DNA of 42,605 nucleotides from a virus (Duplodnaviria; Caudoviricetes): positions 1 through 42,605 of IMG/VR virus record IMGVR_UViG_3300045285_000090; one strand, 5' to 3'. Shown here piece after piece: positions 33,870 to 42,235 of this stretch. Position 1 is the first letter of the stretch. Every line of letters begins with the position of its first letter. The notes below the pieces were generated by a model. The model did no database searches. It saw only the letters and a list, made by a program, of their open reading frames with translations, and had not been told where the DNA came from. Position numbers and translations under genes: made by a program.

Positions 33870-35131
33870 GCGGCGACCTCGGGCTTCGTGTAGCCGACCT
33901 TCTCCAGGAGCGCATCGTGTTCGGCGACGAGAGCTTGCTCGCCTGCACGCAGTTCGCGGCCGCTCATCAGCACTCCGTCGATCGCGTCCAGCGCGCACCC
34001 CAGGGCCACCGCGAACCGAGCGCGTGGCCCGCTCTCGGCGAAGGTGAAGATGACCTCCCACTCGTCGTCGTCTACGTCCGACTCGAGGCCCAGCGACTCC
34101 GCACTGGGGAGGGCCTCGATGTCGGTGAGACCGAACGCGACCACGCCGACGATCAGGCTTCGTGTGTCGTCGTGGGGTTGGCGTGCGATCAGCGCCTTGT
34201 AGAACGGCTGGCGCGCCTTGCTCTCCTCGCGTCGACGATCCCACGCGCTCGGGCCGGTGGGCTCCTCCGGCTCGTCAGCTTCGTTGACCGTCTCTGCGCC
34301 GTGGGTCGCCGGGTCGGTGCAGACCACGTACTCGTGACGGCCGAACGACATCAGCTGGACCGCGTGGCACTCGAGCGACGCGTGCTCGTCCGTGAAGCCC
34401 TCCGGATCGTCCTGGGCACGCGCGATGACGTCGAGGAACCGCGCCGGGACATCGGGCCCGACGACACGGACGCCCATCCCCTGCAGCTCGAGGGTCCGTG
34501 CCTCGACCCACTCGTTGGCCTGGAACTCCTGGATCGCCCGCTCGGCCTTGTAGGTCCAGGCCGAGGACGGCATCGCTGCGATCTCCGCGGCCTTGGTCTT
34601 GTCCATGCGGACCAGGCGCGCGAAGGTCTCGGCCGATCGGAGGTTCAGCTCGTCTAACTCGAGAGCGTTGCGTACAGGGTCCGGGAGGTCCAGGAGCATG
34701 ATCCGTCGCGAGACCTGCGATCGAGCGACGCCGACCTTCTCGGCGATCGTCTTCTGATCGACGTGCAGTGAGCGGAGCTGTGCGTAGCCGGCGGCTTCCT
34801 CGAGCGGCGTGAGGTCCTTGCGCATCAGGTTCTCGACGAGCATCGTCGCGCGCCGGCCCTCGTCGTCCAGGTCGCGGACGATGACCGGGACGGTCTCGAG
34901 CTCGGCTTGCTGCGCAGCCGCGAGACGACGGGCGCCGGCGACGAGCTGGTACTCGCCGGGGTGATCTGGGTCGCTGATGTCGGTGACGATCAGCGGCTCG
35001 ATGATCCCGACCGCGGCGATGGACGCAGCGAGGTCGCTGACGTCACCAAGGTCGTTACGTGGGTTGTCAGGCGCCGGGTGGACGTGGTCGATCGGCTCGA
35101 ACTGCACGGTCTCTGTTTGCACGGGTGACAC
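33866..35131 (-). CDS. parB: ParB/Spo0J/KorB-family protein
   Basis: NPR, GIIEPL, LVAGARR, ENLMRKDL motifs and HTH QKTIAEKVGVARSQVS. Confidence 0.88.
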   Translation of the reverse strand: MSPVQTETVQFEPIDHVHPAPDNPRNDLGDVSDLAASIAAVGIIEPLIVTDISDPDHPGEYQLVAGARRLAAAQQAELETVPVIVRDLDDEGRRATMLVENLMRKDLTPLEEAAGYAQLRSLHVDQKTIAEKVGVARSQVSRRIMLLDLPDPVRNALELDELNLRSAETFARLVRMDKTKAAEIAAMPSSAWTYKAERAIQEFQANEWVEARTLELQGMGVRVVGPDVPARFLDVIARAQDDPEGFTDEHASLECHAVQLMSFGRHEYVVCTDPATHGAETVNEADEPEEPTGPSAWDRRREESKARQPFYKALIARQPHDDTRSLIVGVVAFGLTDIEALPSAESLGLESDVDDDEWEVIFTFAESGPRARFAVALGCALDAIDGVLMSGRELRAGEQALVAEHDALLEKVGYTKPEVAA

Positions 35132-35144
35132 GTGAATCTCCTTC

Positions 35145-35834
35145 CTAGGTGAACGCTCCGTTGGTCAGGAAGCCGTGGTAGTCACCGGCTTGGATCGAGC
35201 CCGCGCCGGCGTCGCATGTGTGGTCGAACGGCGGCTCGGGCTCCTTGTCGACCGTGATGTTCGGAGGGGTGCCATGGCGCATCCAGCACCGGTGGGTCTC
35301 GTCGTCAGGCAGCGTGCAGTTGCTCGCGACCGAGTCGATGACCCAGTCGTGCCCTCCCGGACACCTCGCGCACAAGGTGCGGCCGTCGGGGCCCCGGTAG
35401 CGCTCGATGTTCATCCAGTCCGCGAACCAGAGGGCGCCGGGCGGGGCGTTGCGGATGGTGGTGTCCTCGCGGCCGTCGCTGCGCCGATAGATGAGCTCCT
35501 GGTTGACCTGACGAGCCGCGGAGCTGGGGAGAAGACCGTGGCACTGCGCGCACTCGGCCGGCCAGCGGTCGTCACCTTCGAAGTGATCGGGCCAGACGGC
35601 GAGCGAGCGCCGATGGTCCTCCCCCCAGATCGGAGACGCCTCGCCGATCACGACCTTCGCGTCGTGGCCGCGCCGATAGCCGTGCGGGTCGGGCTCCAGG
35701 GCGGGACACGGGTTGATCCTGGGATGATCGCGCTCCCAGTCGCTCTCGGGCTCGTGGACGCCCTGGGTGTAGATGCGCAGGCTGAGCTCGACCCGGTCGG
35801 TCGGCTCGAGCAGGAAGCAGGGCGTCGGGCTCAC
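35145..35834 (-). CDS. Cys/His-rich protein with DUF6527-like C-terminus
   Basis: CPGG..W.ID, HRCW.RHG.PP.ITV, SI...YHGFL.NG. Confidence 0.55.
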   Translation of the reverse strand: MSPTPCFLLEPTDRVELSLRIYTQGVHEPESDWERDHPRINPCPALEPDPHGYRRGHDAKVVIGEASPIWGEDHRRSLAVWPDHFEGDDRWPAECAQCHGLLPSSAARQVNQELIYRRSDGREDTTIRNAPPGALWFADWMNIERYRGPDGRTLCARCPGGHDWVIDSVASNCTLPDDETHRCWMRHGTPPNITVDKEPEPPFDHTCDAGAGSIQAGDYHGFLTNGAFT

Positions 35835-35836
35835 GC

Positions 35837-36127
35837 TCAGGTGATCTCGTTCACCGAGACGGTGATGAACTCGTTCGACCAACCCTCACGGACCCCGTGG
35901 TTCGGGTTCGCGTGCCCGCTGATGTTGACCGCTACACGGCTCGTGGTGCCGACGGCCGCGTCCAACAGGGTGCGAGCGGCGACCGCCGCGGCGTGCGCCT
36001 GCTCGACGCACTCCTTGCGGACCTCCGAGTCCTGCCAGCCTGGGGAGTCGAAGACCGTCTCGATGGCCGCGCGCAGCTCCTCGCCGACCACATCGCGCTC
36101 GGAACTCACTTTGATGGACCAGGACAT
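35837..36127 (-). CDS. Hypothetical protein
   Basis: GGAGG RBS; ends ...ISGHANP...ITVSV. Confidence 0.65.
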   Translation of the reverse strand: MSWSIKVSSERDVVGEELRAAIETVFDSPGWQDSEVRKECVEQAHAAAVAARTLLDAAVGTTSRVAVNISGHANPNHGVREGWSNEFITVSVNEIT

Positions 36128-36146
36128 GCGTTCCCTCCTTCGTTGA

Positions 36147-36635
36147 TCAGCACCAGGCCGGACAAGCGCCGCCCTGTGCCTTCCACATGCGAGCCGTCAC
36201 GAGCGCGTTGGCTCGTGCGTGCAGCGGCGAGACGCGGGGCCAGCTCTTCGGGAACCACGAGGCCTTGAGGAACGTCTGCACCCGACCGGCCCAGTAGCGG
36301 CTGAGGTGTTGACCGAGTCCGCACGAGCCGTAGCTCGAGCCGGACCATGGGTGACAGGCACCGCGCTCGGCGGGGTTCGTAGCCCAGGGCCAGTGGCCAC
36401 TCTCGCGGTCGACGATCTGTTGTGCCGCGTGTGCGTCGTCGATGCCGACCCAGCCGAACGCGCAGCGGATCAGGGCGTGCATCCGGTGGTGGATCACGTC
36501 GTGATCCATCTGCCGGTTGACGCCATAGCCGGTGCACGGACCTGTCGGCTTCGCTGTCGTCGCTTCCACGTTGGGTGCTCCGTTGATCGTGATGGTGAGT
36601 GCCAAGGTCGCCAGACCTGCAGCGAGCTTCTTCAT
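36147..36635 (-). CDS. Secreted lytic transglycosylase (SLT-like)
   Basis: Signal peptide MKKLAAGL...VEA; catalytic RES, GLGQ motif, W-C terminus. Confidence 0.72.
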   Translation of the reverse strand: MKKLAAGLATLALTITINGAPNVEATTAKPTGPCTGYGVNRQMDHDVIHHRMHALIRCAFGWVGIDDAHAAQQIVDRESGHWPWATNPAERGACHPWSGSSYGSCGLGQHLSRYWAGRVQTFLKASWFPKSWPRVSPLHARANALVTARMWKAQGGACPAWC

Positions 36636-36702
36636 GGGTTCGCACCTCCTGGAGGTCGTTGGGCCGACGACTTGCCGGCCACGGCGCTGCAGGGTCGGTC
36701 TG

Positions 36703-37011
36703 TTAGGCCTCACTCCTTTCGGGGGGTAGTGGCGTCAGACGGATCAGCCGCGTTTCGTGGGCGACGTTGGCTTGCATGACGCCGCCTTCGGCCAAGCTCG
36801 CTGCGTGCAGACGGTCTTTCCAGATCGCGACGGCTTGGGGCATCGAGCGAGCGCCGAGACGCCGGCGGAGGGTCTCGCGATGGACACGCACGGTCTCTAC
36901 CGACAGACCCAGATGGTCGGCGGACTCGCGCGCGCTGAAGCCGTGCATCGCGTCGGTGAGGACCTCGACCTGACGGTCGGTGAGCGTTCGCGAGCGAAGG
37001 TTCGTGCTCAC
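36703..37011 (-). CDS. LuxR/GerE-type HTH regulator
   Basis: LTDRQVEVL...GFSARESADHLGLSVETVRVH...LGA. Confidence 0.85.
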   Translation of the reverse strand: MSTNLRSRTLTDRQVEVLTDAMHGFSARESADHLGLSVETVRVHRETLRRRLGARSMPQAVAIWKDRLHAASLAEGGVMQANVAHETRLIRLTPLPPERSEA

Positions 37012-37202
37012 TGGTCAGCTCCGAGCGGGATGTCGATCGAGGCTGCGACCGGAATCTCAGGGAGCGTCGGGTCGGGTACAAGCTCGAGCGCCGGCCGGAT
37101 GTTCTCGGCTCGACAGTTCGGGTTCTTGCAGCGCCACGGGTCGCCCGGGTTCCACGGCGGGTGCAGCTCGCCGATGCCGCAGAGCTGACAGCGAGCGGTC
37201 AT
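37008..37202 (-). CDS. C4 zinc-finger microprotein
   Basis: CQLC...CKNPNC. Confidence 0.55.
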   Translation of the reverse strand: MTARCQLCGIGELHPPWNPGDPWRCKNPNCRAENIRPALELVPDPTLPEIPVAASIDIPLGADQ

Positions 37203-37393
37203 CGGTCCTCCGCCCAGAGCCATGCCGCCACCGCGAGACCGGCGAGCACGACCGCGATCGCTGCCGGGTACGCGAAGGACTGCGTCCGGATGCCGGTCCC
37301 GTCACCGCAGCCCGCGCACGGGAGCGCGAACATCTCGCCGGCCACGTAGGCGGCCGCGATCGTCGTCGCGGCGACAGCGAGCAGCCGTCTCAC
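37199..37393 (-). CDS. Small two-TM protein with CxxC loop
   Basis: GGAGG RBS, two hydrophobic helices flanking CAGC. Confidence 0.55.
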   Translation of the reverse strand: MRRLLAVAATTIAAAYVAGEMFALPCAGCGDGTGIRTQSFAYPAAIAVVLAGLAVAAWLWAEDR

Positions 37394-37421
37394 GCGATCG
37401 CCTCCGCGCCGACCATGGGCA

Positions 37422-37835
37422 TCACTCGTTCCACCCGACCGGCAACAGGTGCCTCACGCCGTTCAGCCGACGTCGCGCTTCGTTGGATCCGCGGATGTCC
37501 CGCACCGGACCAACGAGCTCGGCCTCGTCGGACGTCAGCCGCCGACGCAGATGGACCGCTTGCTCGGAGGTCTCGACCCACTCGAGCATCGGGTCCCCGA
37601 CGCCGAGCAGCGCGACGCGGGCCTCGTACTCGAGGGCTGCCTTCGACAGGCCCGTTCGTGACATCGCGGAGGCGTGCCACACGGGCCCGCCGAAGTCGGC
37701 CTCCAGTCATTCGTACCCCGCGTTCACGGTCAGCACGATCGAGGCGAGCCCCTGGACGTAGCGGAACCTCGGGTAGAGCGTCTCACCGCCCAGCAAGCAG
37801 TAGTGGCGCAGCGCGGTCTGTTGGTGACGGTTCAC
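37422..37835 (-). CDS. Hypothetical protein interrupted by an in-frame TGA (37709-37707): recoded gene or pseudogene
   Basis: Continuous GC3-rich frame ...VNAGYE*LEADFGGPVWHAS...; GTGA-coupled start. Confidence 0.6.
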
Positions 37836-37981
37836 GCCCGCCCCCTGATGAACGCTGCGAGCCGTCCATGGCGGTGACGCGCGACACGACCGTTGGCCTT
37901 GATCCAGCACGACCAGCACTGCGCATAGAGGGGGTGAGGTCGCCGCGTGGCGTCACGGCCGCAGTAGGCGCAGGGGATCAT
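37832..37981 (-). CDS. C4 zinc-finger microprotein (not in the ORF track)
   Basis: MIPCAYC...QCWSCW, 49 aa, coupled at both ends. Confidence 0.55.
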   Translation of the reverse strand: MIPCAYCGRDATRRPHPLYAQCWSCWIKANGRVARHRHGRLAAFIRGRA

Positions 37982-38175
37982 GCCGCGCTCCCCCGCCGAA
38001 GCTGGTCACCGAGTCGGCCGAGCTTGACCTTCACACCGTGGTAACGCGCCGAGTGGCCGAGGTCTCGCTCGCGGTGATCGCGTCGATGCGCCGCCGACAC
38101 GGTCTCGCGGCGTCGGCGGTGAAGGCCACCGTGCATCTCCCGTGAGTGGCGCTTGACGTAGTCGGCGCGCTTCAC
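37978..38175 (-). CDS. Basic His/Arg-rich small protein
   Basis: GTGA and ATGA coupling. Confidence 0.5.
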   Translation of the reverse strand: MKRADYVKRHSREMHGGLHRRRRETVSAAHRRDHRERDLGHSARYHGVKVKLGRLGDQLRRGSAA

Positions 38176-38336
38176 GGCTTCGGCCTCAGCTCGAGCGGGA
38201 GCGGCGTGCCGGTGAGAGCCAGCGCGAGCGCGTTCGCGCGGCAGAGCTTTTGGAGCTCGCGGACCGCCTCGAGGTTCTGGTGCTCCTCGCGATCGAGGAT
38301 CGCGGCGGCCCTCTCGGAGACGGTGAGGGCGCTCAT
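38172..38336 (-). CDS. Small hypothetical protein (not in the ORF track)
   Basis: MSALTVSERAAAIL..., 54 aa, coupled at both ends. Confidence 0.55.
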   Translation of the reverse strand: MSALTVSERAAAILDREEHQNLEAVRELQKLCRANALALALTGTPLPLELRPKP

Positions 38337-38578
38337 GCTCCGATCGCCTCGACCCAGGCTCGCGCCTCATCCTCGTGACCGGTCTGCACGATCCCTGTCA
38401 ACTCGACCGGGTCCTGAGGTCCGTCCCAGATCTTGCGTGGATCGTCCAGCCACGGCGGCAGTGGGATCTGACTCGGGCGCGGCGGACCGTCATTGAGCGT
38501 CCACTCGCGGTCGATCTTCGAGCCGTCGGACAGGAACAGCCGCACGCGAACGACCGGCGTCTCGAAGGCGTCCTTCAT
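38333..38578 (-). CDS. Hypothetical protein
   Basis: ATGA-coupled at both ends. Confidence 0.6.
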   Translation of the reverse strand: MKDAFETPVVRVRLFLSDGSKIDREWTLNDGPPRPSQIPLPPWLDDPRKIWDGPQDPVELTGIVQTGHEDEARAWVEAIGA

Positions 38579-39018
38579 CCGACCCGCCCCAGCTTGGTGT
38601 CAGGCGTGACCTCGACGAGCACGAACACGCGGCCGGTGGGCGGCTCGAGGTACAGGGCTGGATCCGCGTCGTTGCCGATGACGATCTTCTTCCGGGCCTG
38701 CGCCATCGCGCGTCGGAACCACTCGGACTCGGTGAACTCGATGAACGAAGCGGGGACCTGATCGCCGACCTTGTCCTGGGTCGTGATCGTCAGGGGGTAG
38801 GTGTCGGGGTACTCGTCGGTGTGGGCTCGCTTCGCCGACAACACCGCGTGGCGTGTGATCTCGCCGCGCCGGCCCTTGCGCTGATTGCCCCGGGCATTGC
38901 ATGTCGGGCAGTCGCAGCCGACGACGTGGCCGTCACGGTTGAGCTTGGTCCCGCCGTTGACGGGGCAGTCGTCGCGTCCGCAGTCGCACGGCCCGGGCTC
39001 CTGGTAGACGGGGTTCAT
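38575..39018 (-). CDS. Zn-binding PD-(D/E)xK-like nuclease / Holliday junction resolvase candidate
   Basis: Cys-rich N-terminus, NQRKGRRGE and QDK motifs; located after the replication genes. Confidence 0.45.
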   Translation of the reverse strand: MNPVYQEPGPCDCGRDDCPVNGGTKLNRDGHVVGCDCPTCNARGNQRKGRRGEITRHAVLSAKRAHTDEYPDTYPLTITTQDKVGDQVPASFIEFTESEWFRRAMAQARKKIVIGNDADPALYLEPPTGRVFVLVEVTPDTKLGRVG

Positions 39019-39581
39019 GCCGGCACCTCGAGGAACTCCGCCGGCATCTGCTCGGACGGGTGGTGCTCGTGGATCCATCGCGCCTTCTGGAAGGCCCACT
39101 GGACCGTGCGCTCACGCGAGGTCGCGCTGGCCAGGAACGTCCGCGAGGCATCGATCCAGATGGCGGAGTACGCCGCGAGCTCGTCGGCGACGTAGTCGAG
39201 GTGCGCGGGGACGTCGACACCCCACATCGCGGCCGCGATGTAGGCGGCGAGCATCTTGTCCCCGTCGACCTTCGGCCCGATGAGCTTCACGGCTTCGACG
39301 CGCCACCAGTTTTCCTCGTCATCGGCGAGGTCGGTCTTCGCGAGGTGCAACGCGTGGTCGGGCCGGTTGGTCTGACGCCCTGCAGCGTCGCGGAGCTCGG
39401 GCCAGTCAGGGAGCCGCTTGGACTCGTGAACCGCGGTCTCGATCGCGATCTCGATGCACTGCGCGCAGATGCCAGAGGCGACGAGCTCCTCGACGTACAG
39501 GCCCGCACGCGCTCGCTGCGCGTCGGAACCGAGGACCCCATGGATCGTGAAGAGACGCTCGACGGACTTGGAGATCGTCAC
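39015..39581 (-). CDS. Replication-associated protein (helicase loader/inhibitor-like N-terminus)
   Basis: Follows the initiator; AIE.AV..SKRLP...ELR pattern. Confidence 0.45.
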   Translation of the reverse strand: MTISKSVERLFTIHGVLGSDAQRARAGLYVEELVASGICAQCIEIAIETAVHESKRLPDWPELRDAAGRQTNRPDHALHLAKTDLADDEENWWRVEAVKLIGPKVDGDKMLAAYIAAAMWGVDVPAHLDYVADELAAYSAIWIDASRTFLASATSRERTVQWAFQKARWIHEHHPSEQMPAEFLEVPA

Positions 39582-39739
39582 TTGACCCCCCGCTCGACGT
39601 GGATCTTCATGTCCCAGGTCTCAGGCGTTCGGTCAGCACCGATCTGCTCGATAGCCTGTTGTTGCGCCTCGGATGGGAAGTCGGCCTCGACGACGAGGGA
39701 GTGCTCCGACGTGAGGACGACGTGCACGTCGTATCTCAC
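39578..39739 (-). CDS. Small hypothetical protein (not in the ORF track)
   Basis: MRYDVHVVL...VEAD...EAQQQA, 53 aa, GTGA-coupled. Confidence 0.55.
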   Translation of the reverse strand: MRYDVHVVLTSEHSLVVEADFPSEAQQQAIEQIGADRTPETWDMKIHVERGVK

Positions 39740-40674
39740 GAGGCCACCTCCGCGAGCGCAGCCTTGCGATCGCGCTCAGCGAGGGCCCGCTTCTCGACGT
39801 CGGCCAAGCCAGCGGCAACCTCGTCCATCTCGTTCGAGCGCTCGCCGCGAGCGACGTAGCCGTCGGTGAGCCAGGCGTCGAGGGCCGGCCAGTGCTTGAC
39901 CGCCGCCCAGGGGGTCCAGGTCGGCATCACTTTCCCGGGGAACACGGAGACCCAGGCCTCCGGCATCCGGAGCACGAGCTCGGCGGTCGCACCGCCCTTG
40001 CGAAGCTCAGCCGCGCAGATCCCGAGCGTGTCGTGGTTGCGTGGCGTGAGCCTCGGATCACCGGTAGCGAACGGGTAGTCGTGGCCCTTCCAGATCCGGT
40101 AAAGCGCCTCGAAGATGCCGTCGCCCTTACGATGGATCGTTGCCGGGGGGTGAGGCCGCGCGGCGAGCGCGGCAGTAGTTGCTGACGGGTCTACTGACGG
40201 TTCTACTGACGGATAGGCGGCGGTGGACTTCCGGTGCTCACCGGCAGCAGGCTTCCGGTCCCGAGCGGCAGTGGACTTCCGGTGCCCCTTCGTACCGGCA
40301 GATTTCGCCGGTGCTGCAGCGGCAGGACTTGCCGGTAGGTCACCGGCAGATGTTGCCGCCGGCTGGACCTTGCGGATCGTCGCCTTCTGGGCCTCGATAT
40401 CGACGTCGGAGGGCAGCGTCGCGAGGTCGATCCGGTAGCGCTTGACGCCGCGATTCGTCTTGCCGAGCTCGATCAGGATGCCGCGCTCGACGAGCTCGCG
40501 GCAGTTGCCACGAACGGTGCGCTCCCCCGCCCCGATCCGCAGGCCCAGGTGCTTCTGACCGATGTGGATCGAGTCGCCGTCGTCGTCGGCGGAGTCGGCG
40601 ATCGCGAGGAGCGTCAGTCTCAGGTGCGCAGGGAGGTCGGTGTAGAACACCCGGCCCATGAGCAGCACGCTCAC
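39736..40674 (-). CDS. Phage replication initiator (N-terminal winged HTH)
   Basis: LRLTLLAIADSADDDG...ERTVR...L.E.G; low-complexity linker containing DNA repeats. Confidence 0.8.
   Translation of the reverse strand: MSVLLMGRVFYTDLPAHLRLTLLAIADSADDDGDSIHIGQKHLGLRIGAGERTVRGNCRELVERGILIELGKTNRGVKRYRIDLATLPSDVDIEAQKATIRKVQPAATSAGDLPASPAAAAPAKSAGTKGHRKSTAARDRKPAAGEHRKSTAAYPSVEPSVDPSATTAALAARPHPPATIHRKGDGIFEALYRIWKGHDYPFATGDPRLTPRNHDTLGICAAELRKGGATAELVLRMPEAWVSVFPGKVMPTWTPWAAVKHWPALDAWLTDGYVARGERSNEMDEVAAGLADVEKRALAERDRKAALAEVAS
40191..40350. repeat. Iteron-like repeats, probable replication origin
   Basis: GCGGC(G/A)GTGGACTTCCGGTGC at 40217 and 40265; CTACTGACGG at 40191 and 40203; several CCGG(C/T)AG copies. 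Confidence 0.6.
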
Positions 40675-40967
40675 GCGGCCACCTCGAGACGATCCGCGGC
40701 GGTCCCCCAAGGCGGCAGGGCTACTGAACGCCTCGGAGCCGGCGGGTGAGGCCGGGGGGGACCGCCGCAGATCTTCAGAGCGGGACGCGCTTCGACCGGA
40801 GAGGTTGGCCGCACGCCCCGCAGCTCCACTGGCGCGGAGCTCTCGGGAGCCATCGGTGCCCCCGAGGTGTTGGGACCGGCGTCAACCCCCCGAGCCGGCG
40901 CCGGCCCCTCCGAACCCATCGTCCGCGCAGCCCCCAAGGTTGGCGTCGTTGGGTCCGGTGTCTTCAC
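40671..40967 (-). CDS. Pro/Ala-rich hypothetical protein
   Basis: GTGA-coupled at both ends; low complexity. Confidence 0.4.
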   Translation of the reverse strand: MKTPDPTTPTLGAARTMGSEGPAPARGVDAGPNTSGAPMAPESSAPVELRGVRPTSPVEARPALKICGGPPRPHPPAPRRSVALPPWGTAADRLEVAA

Positions 40968-41119
40968 GACTGGTCTCCCGACGCGAGCTGCTCGGAGGCC
41001 GCTTGCTGGATGAGGCGGAGCACGCGGCGTCCGCTCGCGTCGAAGAGCTCTGGCGGGGTCTGAAGGATCGACCGAGCCATGCCTTCGATCAGGGCGAGGG
41101 CCTCACGGTCCGTAGTCAC
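40964..41119 (-). CDS. Small hypothetical protein (not in the ORF track)
   Basis: MTTDREALALIEGM..., 51 aa, GTGA-coupled. Confidence 0.5.
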   Translation of the reverse strand: MTTDREALALIEGMARSILQTPPELFDASGRRVLRLIQQAASEQLASGDQS

Positions 41120-41355
41120 CGCGCCGAGTCCTCTCGCACCGCAGGCAGCGCCTTGAACATGAGCTGATCGACGCGGTTCTCGAGGAGCCGCTCACGGTGC
41201 TCGGCCTCGATGCGCTTGAGCCGTTCCTCGTGGTAGCGCTCGTCGGCGTTCGCAGCTGCCTTGACGAGCATCGCCACGCCGGCGATGAAGCCGAGCAGCA
41301 GGCAGACCGCGCCCACGAACACGACGCCCAGCGTGCTTGCTGCAGTTGCGATCAC
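41116..41355 (-). CDS. Membrane-anchored small protein
   Basis: N-terminal TM followed by a charged helix. Confidence 0.6.
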   Translation of the reverse strand: MIATAASTLGVVFVGAVCLLLGFIAGVAMLVKAAANADERYHEERLKRIEAEHRERLLENRVDQLMFKALPAVREDSAR

Positions 41356-41392
41356 GTGGTGGTCCCCTCTCTGCACGGGTGGAGCAGGGTCC

Positions 41393-42235
41393 TCAGCGGG
41401 CTTTTGGCGCGGGTCCGCTCGTGATGCCTGGGTCGCCGTCGGTGAGCGAGCCCTCGAGCAGGGCGACGAGGTCGCGGAAGGCGTCGAGCTCGATCGTCTC
41501 CGGGCGCTGGATCTTGTAGCTGACGCGAAGGTCGGGGCCCTTCAGCGAGAAGCGGAACCAGGCCTGGATGCTCACCGCGTCCGAGCCGTAGAACGGAGCC
41601 AGCTTCAGCTCCAGCTCGGTCGGGATCTCCATCGTTCCCGACGCCCCGCCGGCGGCCTGGATGTCCTCGGTGTAGACGAACGTCTGCGCGCCGGAGGACA
41701 GACGGGTGCCCCGCTTGAACGTCGCCTCGTTGGTGGCGTGGAACGTCTGGGCAAGCTCGAGCATGTCGGCCGCGCTGGGGCTCACGATCTCGGCCATCCC
41801 GTCCTCGATGTGACGGGCAAGCTGCTCGAGCGTGAGGTCCACGCCGTCGGCCGAGAGCCAGTGCTGCCACTCGGGGGAGCGCGTGAGCGCGTACTCGACG
41901 CGGTAGTCACGCCAGCCGGGCTCGCCGTCGTCGTCGTTCAAGACGGCAACGAGCTTCATGTCGCGGGCGTCGGCGAAGATCCGAGAAGCCTCGTCGTCGA
42001 GCTGGCGACGTCGCAGCTCCTCGATGAACGAGGACACCGTGATCACCTCTTGCGTGCCGCTATGGCGATGCGGGTGGTCCAGGCGACCGGCGAGGTCGAT
42101 GAGCTCGTGATCCCAGCCCTCCGGGACGCTGACGAGGCGGAGCTCGCTGCTCTCGTCGCGTTCGTCGGCGATGGGCAGGACAGTTGGTCGAGGCGCGCGG
42201 TCAAGGATCGCGTCGGTTTCGGTGCGATCGGTCAC
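41393..42235 (-). CDS. DUF2303 (YfdQ-like) protein
   Basis: VAVLND...PGWRDYR, SPEW..W, Q...A..IED and IP....L...PF.G motifs. Confidence 0.85.
   Translation of the reverse strand: MTDRTETDAILDRAPRPTVLPIADERDESSELRLVSVPEGWDHELIDLAGRLDHPHRHSGTQEVITVSSFIEELRRRQLDDEASRIFADARDMKLVAVLNDDDGEPGWRDYRVEYALTRSPEWQHWLSADGVDLTLEQLARHIEDGMAEIVSPSAADMLELAQTFHATNEATFKRGTRLSSGAQTFVYTEDIQAAGGASGTMEIPTELELKLAPFYGSDAVSIQAWFRFSLKGPDLRVSYKIQRPETIELDAFRDLVALLEGSLTDGDPGITSGPAPKAR

Noticed and set aside
37390-37710. 106-aa Arg-rich ORF with ATGA and GTGA overlaps
   Set aside because: Composition and codon pattern look like a shadow frame of the GC3-rich 37422-37835 frame; not fully excluded because it is coupled at both ends
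441-39800. C-termini such as EAVA, EVAA and EVAS as ssrA-like degrons
   Set aside because: Explained by the GGAGG RBS and GTGA/ATGA overlap of the next gene
39931-39943. TTTCCCGGGGAAC as a seventh palindrome copy
   Set aside because: Three mismatches to the consensus; within chance
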